This document shows positions 24,580 to 46,765 of a stretch of 64,000 nucleotides of DNA, piece by piece. Position 1 is the stretch's first letter. Each line of letters begins with the position of its first letter. The stretch lies in the NCBI RefSeq assembly GCF_001194135.2, contig NC_068999.1, positions 41,671,311-41,735,310 of the forward strand, written 5' to 3'. Made by a program: the position numbers and the translations under genes. The notes below the pieces were generated by a model that worked only from the letters and a program-made list of their open reading frames with translations, was not told the DNA's origin and did no database searches. The DNA comes from Octopus bimaculoides (taxonomy: Eukaryota).

Positions 24580-26790
24580 CACACATGAACACATAGATAT
24601 ATAAAAATGAAACATTTGAAAAAAGTATCTTTGTAAGATTTTGTAATAAAATATTTTATATTTTATTGTTGTATTTGTTATGATTATTGCAATATATATC
24701 ATCATCATCTTCATTTAACGTCCGTTGGGTTGGACGGTTTGACTGAGCTGTACGAGGCTCCAGTCTGATTTGGAATGGTTTTCTACAGCTGGATGTCCTT
24801 CCTAACGTCAACCACTCTGAGAATGTAATGGGTGCTTTTTATGTGCCACCAGCATGGGTGCCATTTGCGTGACACTGGTATCTGCCATGACTGCAATATT
24901 GCTCGGCTTGATGGGTCTTCTTCTCAAGCACAACATAATGCCAAAGGCCTTGGTCATTGCCTGCTTTGATAAGAGATTTTTCAGGACAAGAGTTGGCAAA
25001 TGTCTGGAATTTTCATGAGCTGCTTATAACATTTTTTTTGGTATTTAAAAGTCAATCAAAGAGGTCCAAAGGTGAGAAAAGATAACCACACAGATTGCAT
25101 ATCCAATTTAGACCACCAAGAACTGCAGATATATACAAGGCGACTCAGTGAACAAGAAAAATAACATATCTATACATTTTGTATTATTAAAGTCAATTAT
25201 ACTCTTTTACTCGTTTCAGTCATTTGACTGCGGTCATGCTGGAGCACCGCTTTTAGTCGAGCAAATCGACCCCAGGACTTATTCTTTGTAAGCCTAGTAC
25301 TTATTCTGTTGTTTTTGTTTGTTTTTACTGAACCACTAAGTTACGGGAACGTAAACACAGCAACGTTGGTTGTCAAGCAATGGTAGTGGGGACAAACACA
25401 GACACACAAATATATATATATATATATATGACAGGCTTCTTTCAGTTTCCATCTACCAAATTCACTCACAAGGCTATAGTAGAAGACACTTGTCCAAGGT
25501 GCCATGCAGTGGGACTGAACCTGGAACCATGTGGTTGGAAAACAAGCTTCTTACCACACAGCCATTCCTGCGCCTATATTCACACAGCCACTCCTGCACC
25601 TATATAGCTACTCCTACTTAAGTTAAATGTGTCTGACATACGTTTCTGCTACACTGATATCTCACAATGTGGTTTCCATTTGCATCCAGTTTGTTCATCT
25701 GTGGCTTTATTCAAGGAGATCGCTTCAAAGGACAGCAGTGTGCAACACCTTAAATAAAGCTACACACATATACACGTGAGGGCATGTGGCCTAGTGGTTA
25801 GTGTGTTTTGCACTCGTGACCCAGAGAGAGTGACTTTGATTCCCAGACTGGGCAGTGTGTTGTGTTTTTGAGGAAAATACTTCATCTCATGTGCTGTCAA
25901 GACAAGGAGACACAAATATGCACACATGGTGGCATGTAAAAGCACCACCCAAACGTGGTCAATACCAGCCCCATCTGGCCCCTGTGCCAGTGGCACGTAA
26001 AAAACACCCACTACACTCTGAGAATGGTTGGCATTAGGAAGGGCATGCAGCTGTAGAAACACTGTCAGATCAGATTGGAGCCTGGTTCAAACTTCCTGGC
26101 TTCTCAGACTCCCCGTTGAACTGTCCAACCCATGCTAGCATGGAAAACAGACGTTAAACGATGATTATGATATATACGAAGGGCTTCTTTCAATAGTCAT
26201 CTTCCAAATCCACTCACAAAACTTTGGTCAACCCAGGGCTATAATAGAAGACACTTGCCCAAGGTGTCATGAAGGTGAGACTAAATCCAAAATTAGGTTG
26301 CAAAGTGAATCACTCAAACACAGTCATACCTATATTTTTTTACGTCAAGATTTGTATGGATTCTGTCAACCAAATTCATTCACCAAGCCTTGGTTGACCC
26401 TGGGCTATAGTAGAAGAAATTTGTGGCACTTTGAACTGAAAACCAAGTGGTTGCAAAAGACAAACTTCTTAACCTTACAGCCAAACTTGTACCAACACAT
26501 TACACTGTTGGAGAACCAGTGGGACATACCCTTAAATTATCACACAAAGAAACAATTATTTTAATAAATTTTCATTTTTAATAAATTGCTTTTACACTGT
26601 TTCCGTTTGTTTTTTGTTTTTTTTTGTTTTTTATATTTGTTAAAGACCCCTGAAGGAGGCAGTACCCCTAACAAACATAATAACCTTCTTTAAAATCACA
26701 GGACTCAGTTTCTTCAGCTAGAGTAAAAAAAAAAAATAAAAAAAAAGAATCTAAAGGTCCACAGGTCTTTATAGCAGTTTCCCTTGAGAA

Positions 26791-29766
26791 TTATTCAATG
26801 TAGCTAGTTTTGGCATTGAGTAGCACTTGCCGTGATTTGAACCCCTTGTCATAGTAATCAGACGCTTCTTTTTCAGGGAAAGGTTTTGCCATACCCATTG
26901 TATATTGTGGTTGTACACACCGTACGTAGAAGCCACTGGTTTTCTTCCAGTCATTAGGCTGGTATTTGAGAAAATAATAGGACGTACAAAGAGTGCCGTA
27001 AATTCCAAGAATCCATGGAGAACTGCGACGAACAACTAGAGCTGGTTTTACGCCGATAATTGGTTTCAATACCTAGAAGAGAAAAAGAAAAACAGTTTTG
27101 TAAGAAAAATGTTAAAACATCCATATACTATTAGTATCTCTGCCTTAGCAAAGGCAGAGGTATTGTTTTTAGTTGTGTTTGTTTGTTTGTCTGTGGACAA
27201 GATATCTCAAGAACTGCTGGATGGATTCGGATGAAATTTTCAGGGATGTTTGGCCTCGTGACTAGCACGAACTGATTAGATTTTATGACTGATCCAGTAC
27301 TGGACAAGGATTCTGGATTATTTTCCTGCGTTTTTACTTAATTTTTGAGAGCGGTCAGGTTCATTTTTAGTATTCTCATTTGTGAGAGCAGTCGAGTTTA
27401 TTTCAGATATTCTCATTTTAAAAAATCATCTCCGGCTAATCGTTGAGAGGACGTTGGTGTTGCCTTGGCAGAGGTTTGCATTCTCTGAGTGCTCTCGTTT
27501 TTATTAGTATTATTATTAAGGTGGAGCAGAGCAGGAGGGTGAGGGCTAAAAAAAATTGGATGCTGAATTTGCTGACAACATAGCTCTGTTGGCAAACACA
27601 GTGAGGGAGGCAGAGGAGTTCATACAGGGGTGGAGACTGTGTCAATGAGTGTGGGACTGAAAATGAATGAAATTAAGACAAAGTATCTGGTAGAGAATAT
27701 TAAGAAGCCAGAGAAGATTATGAATGTAGGCAGGAAGCCACTAGAGTTGGTTGAGGACTTCCTGTATCTGAGAACAAAGATTGGGAAGTCGGACCTTTGT
27801 AAAGACCTGAAGATCCATCTCTTCGTTGCTGCAGTGGAGTCTGTGCTGTTGTATGGGTCTGAGACTTGGACACTGACCAAGAAACTCACTCAGATGGTGG
27901 ATGAGTGCTACACAAGAATACTGAGGATGGCTCTGAAGATGAAGAACTCGATGAAGAACTCAGAGCTGTACGAGAGCCTCTAATAGTTAGCTCTTAAATG
28001 ACACAGACCCATGCAAGCATGAAAAAGTGCATGTTAAAATGATGATGATGATATATATACATAGAGACACACACGACGGGCTTCTTTCAGTATGCATTTA
28101 GCAAATCCACTTACAAGGTTTTGGCTGGCCCATGGCTATAATAGAAAATACTTGCCCAAAGTGTTATGCAGTGGGACTGAACCAGGAACCATGTGATTTG
28201 GAAGCAAGCTTCTTACCACACAGCCACATCTGTGCTCAATTATTTATTAACCCTTTAGCATTCAGGTTGCTCTGTTGGATGTAATGCTTATAAGACAAGA
28301 AAAGAACAGGAAGAAAGAAAAAGCATTCGCAACTGAACTGATGGTGGTGATGGTGGGGTAGTATTTGAGAGGATGAAGAGGGGCGATGGGTTCTGTGCCG
28401 GGTGCTGAAAGGCTAGAGCATGATGGAAGGATAAGTGTCTTGCTATGGAAGAGGTACAAAGCTACCCTGCATCATATAAACGTAGGTGGGAGCAACTGGA
28501 GAAAAATTCCAATTGGAGATGGGCACACGTGTGTGTAGAATTATAATAATGCGAAGCAGTATGTTTCTTACACCAGTTAACATTAGCTAATATGTCACAT
28601 GCTGTTTAGCACTAGGTAGGACCTGATCGAGCAAACCTCTGATCAAAAGTGTTATTGCTTTGACCGTTTTGATTTAAAATATTTGGTGGTGGGGGGGTCA
28701 ACCTTGAATTTCAGTGAAAATTCCTATTTTCTAGGACGGGCTGATGTCTATTTCCAACAAGGTGAATACTGAAGTTGTTATATAGTGATTCCCCTTTTCT
28801 AAATACACAACAAAAAAGTCAAAACAACATGAGTTTCAAGCAGGTTGTTCGCATTGTTAGAAATAACAGTAAAATCACCTTCTAACGATTTAAAAACAAA
28901 GAACTACACCAATGTGATCTTCGGTGCACTGTGCCATGAAAAAGGCAGGATAGTCACACCTAGAATGTCTCTGATCACAGGTCCGCTCCATCGGAGCCAA
29001 TCTGGGTTTAGAGGTCACAATCTGTTTAGTTGCATTTTATTAACCCATCATCCACACGGCTATTTGGCATTTGAAAAGCGTACAGGTACTGAATAAGACC
29101 GGTATCCTGAATACTTTACGGTCCGAAACAATAATACGGAGTTGGAATCATTAAACTAAAAAATATAATAATATAAGCCAGTCGGTCTGCCTGCAATAAC
29201 AGCTAACTCTACTTCAGATCGCATTCTACTGTATTAAAGGAAAAACATGAAGGATAACGTAGTCTTAGAACGTCATTGATCATAGGTTTGTTCAGGGTTG
29301 ACCTTAGGTTGAACAATAATTTATTTCTAACGGTCGTACAAACACAATACAAACAATTAATGATAATTTGTTTTTATATTTTGTTAATATCATCTTCCAA
29401 GAAGAAAACAAGGAAATAATTAAATGTAAAATAAGCAGCTATTGTGCTTACCTTGTAGAGGGCTTCAAAGGGCATTGAACCGATCCTTTTAAATACATTT
29501 CTCGGGTGGACTTCAGGGACATAACGTGGTTCATTGGGGGACAGGTTCTGATCGAGTAACCATTGTTTCCTGAGTTGTCGATCTGCATCTGTCATGCCTT
29601 TACCATCGAGACGTTGGCGCTCATGAGGCATTGGCTCGATAGAAAAAGGCGGATACTGACTACCCTTGTACTCAGCCAACCTAGCCAGTCTCCTTTTCTT
29701 TTCCCATGGCTTTTCATTTGGGGCAACCAGGGCTTCCTGCCCTGTTTTATTCACATTGCCCTCCAT
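26791..29766 (-). CDS. NDUFB6: NADH dehydrogenase [ubiquinone] 1 beta subcomplex subunit 6 (B17), 198 aa
   Basis: Exons 29766-29452 and 27072-26791, phase-0 GT-AG intron. ERQRL...MTDADRQLRKQWLLDQNL and YYFLKYQPNDWKK...SDYYDKGF match invertebrate B17 subunits. Confidence 0.88.
27131..27500 (+). mobile_element. Helentron-associated (HINE/DINE-1-like) non-autonomous element
   Basis: 5' hairpin ctctgcc-ttagcaaa-ggcagag, (GTTT)n/GTCT microsatellite, 3' subterminal repeat ggcagagg, then stem-loop gcattc-tct-gagtgc and a T-rich end. Confidence 0.55.
27555..27983 (+). mobile_element. Degenerate RTE-clade reverse transcriptase fragment in the NDUFB6 intron
   Basis: AEFADNIALLA...VGLKMNEIKTKYL...FLYL...ESVLLYGSETWTLTK...CYTRILR. 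Confidence 0.8.
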
Positions 29767-30199
29767 CTTGTCGAAACTTCAAGGTGACATCGATTACACA
29801 GAGTTCTCTCCCTTGACAACTCTTTTATTTTGCCCCTGCCAATTAAATTTTCTTTTACTATGCCCCTGCCAATTAAATTTTCTTTTATTAATCATGCTTC
29901 TCTTTAATAAAATTATTGGGAAATCGTTTCTCGATATGTTTAAGCGTTTGCAAGGAATTTCTTATGCCGTAAGTCTTAACTTTAAAATTTATGGCAAACA
30001 TAGAAATTCCGGTGCCATGCAGGGCAGTGTTTGAAAACAACCGAGGAAGGCTGCGATTTAGTTGCTATTTCTAGCAGATTTAGCATGGCACATTGAGCAA
30101 ATTTCATGAGACTTGCTCAACCAATACCTTGATACCTTGTGAGTGAAATTTGGTCAAAGGAAACTTAGTAGAAGCTTTGTTTGTGTGTGTGTGTGTATG

Positions 30200-30253
<54 letters not shown>

Positions 30254-30789
30254 GTATAATAATAATAAAGGGTAAAAATTATTAATGATTTTTACCAGGT
30301 GGTCAGCACAGAAATAAAAACCTCTTAGGTAAATTTTACAAATATTTTATAATTATAAAAAGGGCTTCGTTTGCCCCCCAGCAATTTCTGGGGAGGGGAC
30401 CAGTCGATTAGAATGACTCCAGTATGCAACTGGTACTTAATTTATCGACCCCAAAATGATGAAAAGAAAGTCAGTGGAATTTGAACTCAGAATGTAAAGA
30501 CAGACGAAATACTGCTAAGCATTTCGGCCAGCTCACTGCTTTCCTTACAGTAATGAATTGCGTGAGCTATGAGCACACATTGTCTAAATGTAGGAGGTGT
30601 TCTCTGATGATGAAAACAACAGCGATCAGATATTCTGGTTCGAATCTGTCAGAAATGTATTAGGAATGAAAACATAAATTGGTGTTATAAGCAAACTACA
30701 TTGTGAGGAAATTAACGATATTTTGCATTAGCAAAGAAACAATTAAGATTTTACAAATTTTATTTAAAAGAAAATTGTAATAGACAATG

Positions 30790-33700
30790 TCATAAAATAT
30801 TGTCAGTACTTGATGCTAAATTAGAACAAGTGGAAACTTTACAAACTGTGTCTTTATGTTGTAAATCTGTGATTTTTGTAGGTGAGGAAATTTGGTTCCA
30901 TGAAAATAAATATTTATTTTTATGTTTGAAGAATGGTTCTTGTGTCTGACTGAATATGTCAGGTGACTTCATGCGATCTTGTGTGTTCTTCTGTGTTTCG
31001 TAGATTATATCCGGGGACGATATGTAGTGCTTTGTACTTTCAGGTGTGCGACAAAGTGGATGAATTGAGTGTAATAAATATTTTGGTTTGCTTTTCTGTG
31101 TTGGAGAAAAAGTATCAGTGGAGAGCAATAGGTTACAAGAGTTAGTCTCTGTTTCATTGTATACATCTGGTGATTGTATAGAATTATCTACATCAGGCTG
31201 TGTTTCAGGAAGTATATTGGGAGTGTCACTCTGAACAGAAGTGTTTGAGGTGAATATGTCAGGTGACTGTGGAAGAGTCTGGACGTTTTGACAGAAATCT
31301 TCAGACAGATGTGAATGGACATTTGAATCGTCTGGTTGTGTACAGAATAAATCAGGTGAGGCATAAATATCCAATGTTTTATTACATAGCACAGGTGTTC
31401 TTTGATGTAAATGAGTTTTATTCTGTATTTTACAATCGACCTTAGTTGAATTTTGATTCAATAGACCATGGATTTCTGGTAGGACTTCTGCATCTAAAAT
31501 CTCACATGTGACATCACAAAGAGTTTCTGTAAATACTTCAGGGGACGGAGTTTGCTGTTGATTTACATCGGGTTTTAATTTAAAACAGGAATGAAATGGA
31601 TTGTCTATGGAAATGGTATTTGTGTTTTGTAAAGTAAACAAATGTTTCGTTTTATCTTGTGTTGCAGACAGAATTTCAGGCGAAAATAAATCTTGTGATT
31701 CAGGAAAGGATTTACAAAACTGTTCTGATTCACGAGATTGTTCCATAATTTGAAAAATATTCCCCATTGTTTTAGGAATGATTAACGAATTACAAGAATT
31801 ACATCTAGAGATTTCTTTTGATTCTATAGAATTTGTAGTTTTTGGTGAGTTGAACTCATTTTGAGACAATATTCTTGGAGAAAACAAAGGCCTGGAGTTA
31901 GTATAAGTTTCTAATATTTCTTCGGATGAATCTATGAATGTTTGAACTTTTCTATTGAGGGGTCCCATGGGTGAAGATGGCACACTGATTGTCTTTGGAA
32001 TAGTATTGGAAGGAGACAAATTTTTCATTTGGCATTTTGCTTGGAATTGATTAGAATTATTGATTTTCTTGAAAATTTGTCTTTTTAAAAGGCATTTGGA
32101 CAGAGAATACTTAAATTTTTTAGAATTTCGTTGATTGAAAGAATTGTTAATACCATCTCTTCTATTTAAACAAATATTTCTTACTGAAACTGGAGTACTA
32201 CTGGGTGTCTGTGGAATAAATTGGTTTGAAGATTTCCAAGAACAGCTAAATAGGTCTTCTGAAGTATTGACAGGTAATACGACATCTGGATTAGGAGAGG
32301 ATAAAAACAATTCAGTCGAAGGATCAAATAAGTCCTGTGACATATTGCCCTCTTCTTTGGGACTCTCTTGGCAACCTTGTTGAAGACTTCCAGATGGTAA
32401 TAATACATAAGACTCAGAGTTGTGACTTTCAACAGAATTATTTGAAGGAGAATTTGGATGAGACTGTTTCTGGTTCTCTGAAGAGCATTTAATTGGAGTT
32501 ATTGGAAATAAGCGTTCAATATTTTCTTCAGTTGAAGAATCTTTATGTGGCAGATTTCTATATGATGTTTGATAAATATGGAAATGTGGAACTGGTGTAG
32601 AAGTGAAACTATGGCATTTTCTAAGATTAACATTGGTTGAGAAAGTATGAAAGCCATCTGCAAATGGTAAGTCTGAAAGCTGACTTTTCCTGATCCTGGA
32701 AGAGATTTGAGATCCCTTGGTTGGAACAGAATGATGGTTTTTATTGCGTGGTCGAAGAGTCTTATTAACAAATTGTTTGCTTTCAGATAAGCTTGCATTG
32801 CCTAATTTTTTAGAAAACCATAAAGCTTCTTTTCCTCCATTATATGAAATATTTTCTTTATTTTCTGAAAAATCATTGCACAGACATCTTGGAAGATATG
32901 AGCGACATTGATTACATTTCTTCCTTTTCTTAGATTCATTTAGGAAAGATGGTTCACTTTCTAGGCAGGAATCTTGATTTGGAAGTCGTTTAGACAAACA
33001 CCTTATAGGATGGATTGTTTCTTGAAATGGAGAAAGCTGTTTGAAAGAAGCAGATGTAGACATGTTGCCATTTATAGATTCATTCTCAGAGAACATTCTG
33101 TTAATGTGAAAGGAACTAATGACTGAAACATCAATGCAAGAATCACGAGGAATACTCGACATGTCAGCAATTTTTGAAAAGTCTTCAGGAAGGATATTGC
33201 AAATACTATTTGAAGGATTGGATTTGGGTGATGATTCTTTAATAACATCGACAGCAGACATGTGTCTCTCAGCAGACTGGAACTTTGGTAAGTATTCATT
33301 TGTAGAAGAGACTTTTAGAGGATATTTACTATATACATTAGAAATGTTTCCGTTGTTGACAGTAGTTTTAGTGACAATTTTAGCTGGACTAGACGATAAA
33401 TATAAATCCTCACTTTTAAGTAAATATTTGTCATCATTCACTGTAATAGGTTGTCTGGTAACAATTTTATTTCTAATGTCACAAAACTGATTTGCTTCAC
33501 TCCAACTATTTAGATTATAATTATGTATCATTAATTTAGAATGGCAAGTCAAATTGCCAGTGAATAAATTACTTCTGTTTGATTTGTCCTTGTTTTTGTA
33601 CCTTGGGTTATCATATACTCTGCAATTACTTTCCCAGATACATTTTAAAAAACGATATGGAACTGACAAGTTGAGAAGGAAATATGTCACAGTTGATGAA

Positions 33701-35172
33701 TGGAAGCTTAAAAGAGACAAAATATTTATCTCCCTTATTTTCCAGTCTCCAGTTTCTCTTGAAGATTTACAAATATCTTCACATCTTATCTTGTTTACAG
33801 CAGCCACTGTAACCATCTTTGGATTTGATTTACTGCAAGAAGTTTCTTTCAGAGTTGTTTTAAAATTGTAACTGTTTAGAAAACACATCTGTTTTTCACT
33901 AGATTTTGTCGTATGCATTTGACTTAGTTTCGTATTTTCTTGAAATTCAGAAAAGTGTTCATTTGGTGAATTGCCAAAGCTGTTTAAGAAAGCCTCTAAG
34001 TCTTCTGATTCAGGAGCGTAAGAGACATTATTATAATTATTTACATTCAAAGAACATTCCGTAGAATATTCTTTCTGTGGAATAGGTACTGCCAGTGAAT
34101 ATTTATGCCCCATATCTGAAGAGTTGTTATTCTCAAAAAATACATCTTCACAATCAGATGCATAATAAAGAATTTCTTCATTTGGATTATTAGCAAGAGA
34201 AACTTCTGGAAGATGCTTTACATTAGCATGACTTCCAGATGGAACATTCTTATAAGAATGAAGCAAATGATTAGAAATATCTTCTGTTGACAAATCAGGA
34301 AAACAGTTTGTAATGAAAGATTTGTAAGTCTGGGTTGACTGTGACTTCGTTGCATGAAATGAAGGGTTTCTTTGTGAACAAGAGTTAATGAAATTAGGGG
34401 TTTCACTTTCCCCAGAACTTGATATTAACACACCTGAGAGATTTCTGCTAATTTGAATCCCAGATGGATTCATTTCACATGTTAAAACAATTAACTCTTG
34501 AGAAATTAATGGAAAAGCAGAACTACTATTGGTCCGTTCAATAAATAGTGGTGATTCTGTCAGAGTTAATGCTGCTGGTGTTTGAAGAAATTGTTCAAGG
34601 GGTGCAGGAGGAGTGTTTTGAGTTTTAAAATTGTTATTTTTAGTTAAAAGTATTTTAAGTGTGCATGCCATACCAATATTGCAGTTAATCATCTGAGAAG
34701 CAATTAGATCAGTCGGAAGTGTCTGGCACTGTTTTCTGCAACTGCTTTTCAAGACTGATAACAATGACATGTTGAAATCAGATTTTTCAAGAGGATATAA
34801 AGTTTTAAAACCAAACAAAAAACTCTTCCCAGTAAAAAAGCCATTCAACAAATTCTTTATATAATTTGAATCATATGAATGCAATAAACAATGTATCTCT
34901 TCAGCAGAGCATCCAAAGTAAGGTTCTAGGATTTTGCCAAAAACTGTGGCACCGCAAAGAGCAGATCCATCAGCAATTTCTAGAGAGAGTCGATACCGTT
35001 GAGGAATATTACATCTATTGTAATTAATTTTACATCGTAAACAGCGCCAAGTTCTTGAATGACAATTGATTAGTAATTTACTGTAGCATTCAATGCAATA
35101 AGGGTAGGTAACTTTTGGATCTCGAACTCTAACCACTGTGGCTATGGTCAATGCATGGAATCTGGACGGCAT
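30790..35172 (-). CDS. DDIAS: DNA damage-induced apoptosis suppressor (noxin)-like: N-terminal Zn-ribbon OB fold plus long Ser/Asn-rich disordered region, 1460 aa, uninterrupted ORF
   Basis: The N-terminus ATVVRVRD...YPYCIECYSKL...WRCLRC...RYRLSLEIADG...TVFGKILEPYFG matches the DDIAS/RPA-C-like CxxC..CxxC OB fold. A splice acceptor (ttttcag) at 35187-35193 just upstream of the ATG implies a non-coding first exon. Confidence 0.8.
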   Translation of the reverse strand: MPSRFHALTIATVVRVRDPKVTYPYCIECYSKLLINCHSRTWRCLRCKINYNRCNIPQRYRLSLEIADGSALCGATVFGKILEPYFGCSAEEIHCLLHSYDSNYIKNLLNGFFTGKSFLFGFKTLYPLEKSDFNMSLLSVLKSSCRKQCQTLPTDLIASQMINCNIGMACTLKILLTKNNNFKTQNTPPAPLEQFLQTPAALTLTESPLFIERTNSSSAFPLISQELIVLTCEMNPSGIQISRNLSGVLISSSGESETPNFINSCSQRNPSFHATKSQSTQTYKSFITNCFPDLSTEDISNHLLHSYKNVPSGSHANVKHLPEVSLANNPNEEILYYASDCEDVFFENNNSSDMGHKYSLAVPIPQKEYSTECSLNVNNYNNVSYAPESEDLEAFLNSFGNSPNEHFSEFQENTKLSQMHTTKSSEKQMCFLNSYNFKTTLKETSCSKSNPKMVTVAAVNKIRCEDICKSSRETGDWKIREINILSLLSFHSSTVTYFLLNLSVPYRFLKCIWESNCRVYDNPRYKNKDKSNRSNLFTGNLTCHSKLMIHNYNLNSWSEANQFCDIRNKIVTRQPITVNDDKYLLKSEDLYLSSSPAKIVTKTTVNNGNISNVYSKYPLKVSSTNEYLPKFQSAERHMSAVDVIKESSPKSNPSNSICNILPEDFSKIADMSSIPRDSCIDVSVISSFHINRMFSENESINGNMSTSASFKQLSPFQETIHPIRCLSKRLPNQDSCLESEPSFLNESKKRKKCNQCRSYLPRCLCNDFSENKENISYNGGKEALWFSKKLGNASLSESKQFVNKTLRPRNKNHHSVPTKGSQISSRIRKSQLSDLPFADGFHTFSTNVNLRKCHSFTSTPVPHFHIYQTSYRNLPHKDSSTEENIERLFPITPIKCSSENQKQSHPNSPSNNSVESHNSESYVLLPSGSLQQGCQESPKEEGNMSQDLFDPSTELFLSSPNPDVVLPVNTSEDLFSCSWKSSNQFIPQTPSSTPVSVRNICLNRRDGINNSFNQRNSKKFKYSLSKCLLKRQIFKKINNSNQFQAKCQMKNLSPSNTIPKTISVPSSPMGPLNRKVQTFIDSSEEILETYTNSRPLFSPRILSQNEFNSPKTTNSIESKEISRCNSCNSLIIPKTMGNIFQIMEQSRESEQFCKSFPESQDLFSPEILSATQDKTKHLFTLQNTNTISIDNPFHSCFKLKPDVNQQQTPSPEVFTETLCDVTCEILDAEVLPEIHGLLNQNSTKVDCKIQNKTHLHQRTPVLCNKTLDIYASPDLFCTQPDDSNVHSHLSEDFCQNVQTLPQSPDIFTSNTSVQSDTPNILPETQPDVDNSIQSPDVYNETETNSCNLLLSTDTFSPTQKSKPKYLLHSIHPLCRTPESTKHYISSPDIIYETQKNTQDRMKSPDIFSQTQEPFFKHKNKYLFSWNQISSPTKITDLQHKDTVCKVSTCSNLASSTDNIL

Positions 35173-36439
35173 TGGTTATTTTAAATCTGAAAAGTAATGA
35201 AAAAGTAATTCTTGAAACAGAAAGAAACAGCAAATGCATTTAACGAAGATTTAAATCTTTTGTTACCAAATTGTCTGAAACTGCCCCTATTTCTATGATA
35301 CAAACTTCCAGTTTTGAAGATATTTAAATTAAAAAAAAAAAAAACCTTTCCAATTAACATTTCGTATTAATTTATGATCCAAATAGCATCATAATACTGA
35401 CAGAGTTATTTTGTTAAATTCTTCTTACTTTTTAAAAATTAATCGAAACAAAGACCATATTTCAACAAAAATATGGTAACAAAAGAATTAATCAAAGTAT
35501 CATAATGAATACAACAGGTAAAGCGAAACGTTTATTTTAATAATTAATCTGTTTTAACAATACAAAACTTTGCAATCAATGATCAGTTTTCTTTAAGGTT
35601 AATAATTATATCCAGGAAAATTAATCCAGGTTTAAATACTAGATTAAAGTTAAGTCCTTACAACAGTAATAAAAGAAGTTTGGAAGATTTAATCTATTTG
35701 CCTAATTCAACATCTTAGGTTGCTTTCTAGGGACCCACTTCGTCAGGTCTCTGGTTTGAGAATAATTTCCCCCCATTAGTCTCGCAGATTTGGAAAACGT
35801 CTATCAGTGGGGGATACGACAACTTTATCTCCTGTAAAAGAAACCCAGCAAAATATCAGGTTTTCTGTTTAGATACTTTTTGCGTCTGCTATTTTATAAT
35901 TCTACGCATGCGTGAAACATTAGAAGAAAAAAACATTTCGATTTCACTTCTTGTCATAGGGGAGGGGGTTATTTTTTTGAAAAATTAAAATTTTACAAAT
36001 TTTTTTTTTTTCAGAATCATAATTTCCATATTTTTCTACGTATTTCGCCCCAAATTTTTTTTAAAAAGTGAAAATTTAAGAAATTGATCGGGGGTAAAAA
36101 TTAAAATTTTGAAATGTTTTTTTTTTTTTGCAGATTCGGAATCTCTGCCCTCGATATAGTGTTTCTGTATAAGAAAAAAAAGTTTAAATCCCAAAGGGGA
36201 CCCCATGATCTTTACCTCCGCCCATTTAGTTTAGTCAATAAGAAACGTTTCCTTTTAAAAAAGTAAATCAGTTGAGCTGAATACCTAATTAATTAGCTGC
36301 GTTTCTTTAAGCTTAATTAAAAACAAAACCCCCCGAAACAATTTAAATACCAACTTATCCATTTCCCCTTTTATTACTCATTGCTCTTACAGGAGATTAA
36401 AAAAAAAAAGACTTACATAATTCATAACAAATCGAATTG

Positions 36440-36457
36440 TTTGGCGCAAAATTCAAA
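36440..36457. promoter_or_regulatory. E2F/CDE plus CHR-like composite element in the DDIAS/PSMA1 divergent promoter region
   Basis: TTTGGCGC-aaaa-TTCAAA: an E2F-type site, a 4-nt spacer and a CHR hexamer (reverse of TTTGAA). Confidence 0.4.
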
Positions 36458-36894
36458 TAATTTTATTTCTCTGATAGAGATTCCAGGCATTATTGAGAGA
36501 TCGCAGCAAAATCTTCCTCATCTCTCATAAAAGAAGAAGGACAGATACACTGGATTATGTGATCTTACAAACACTGTCTTGGGAGGAAAGCAACGATCAC
36601 GGTCGGAGAGTCTTTAATTAGAGTCACAGCAGAGTCAAAATAATAATAATAATCAATAAAGGGATTTAACTCTGGTAAACTTCCGGTGTTTCGACAGAAG
36701 AAAAAATAAATTAATTCAAACAACAAGGGGAAATAATTCAGAGCTCTTCTCGCAAAGAGGTAGAAATAGTGGTAGCGGTTTATTTTCCTGAGTCATTTTT
36801 GGGAAACAAGTTTTTTGTTCCAATTCCTGACCTTTTTGGAGAAATATTTTAGTAATTATTGTTGTTGGACTGGATTGAATCGAGTCTAATCGTT

Positions 36895-46765
<9,871 letters not shown>

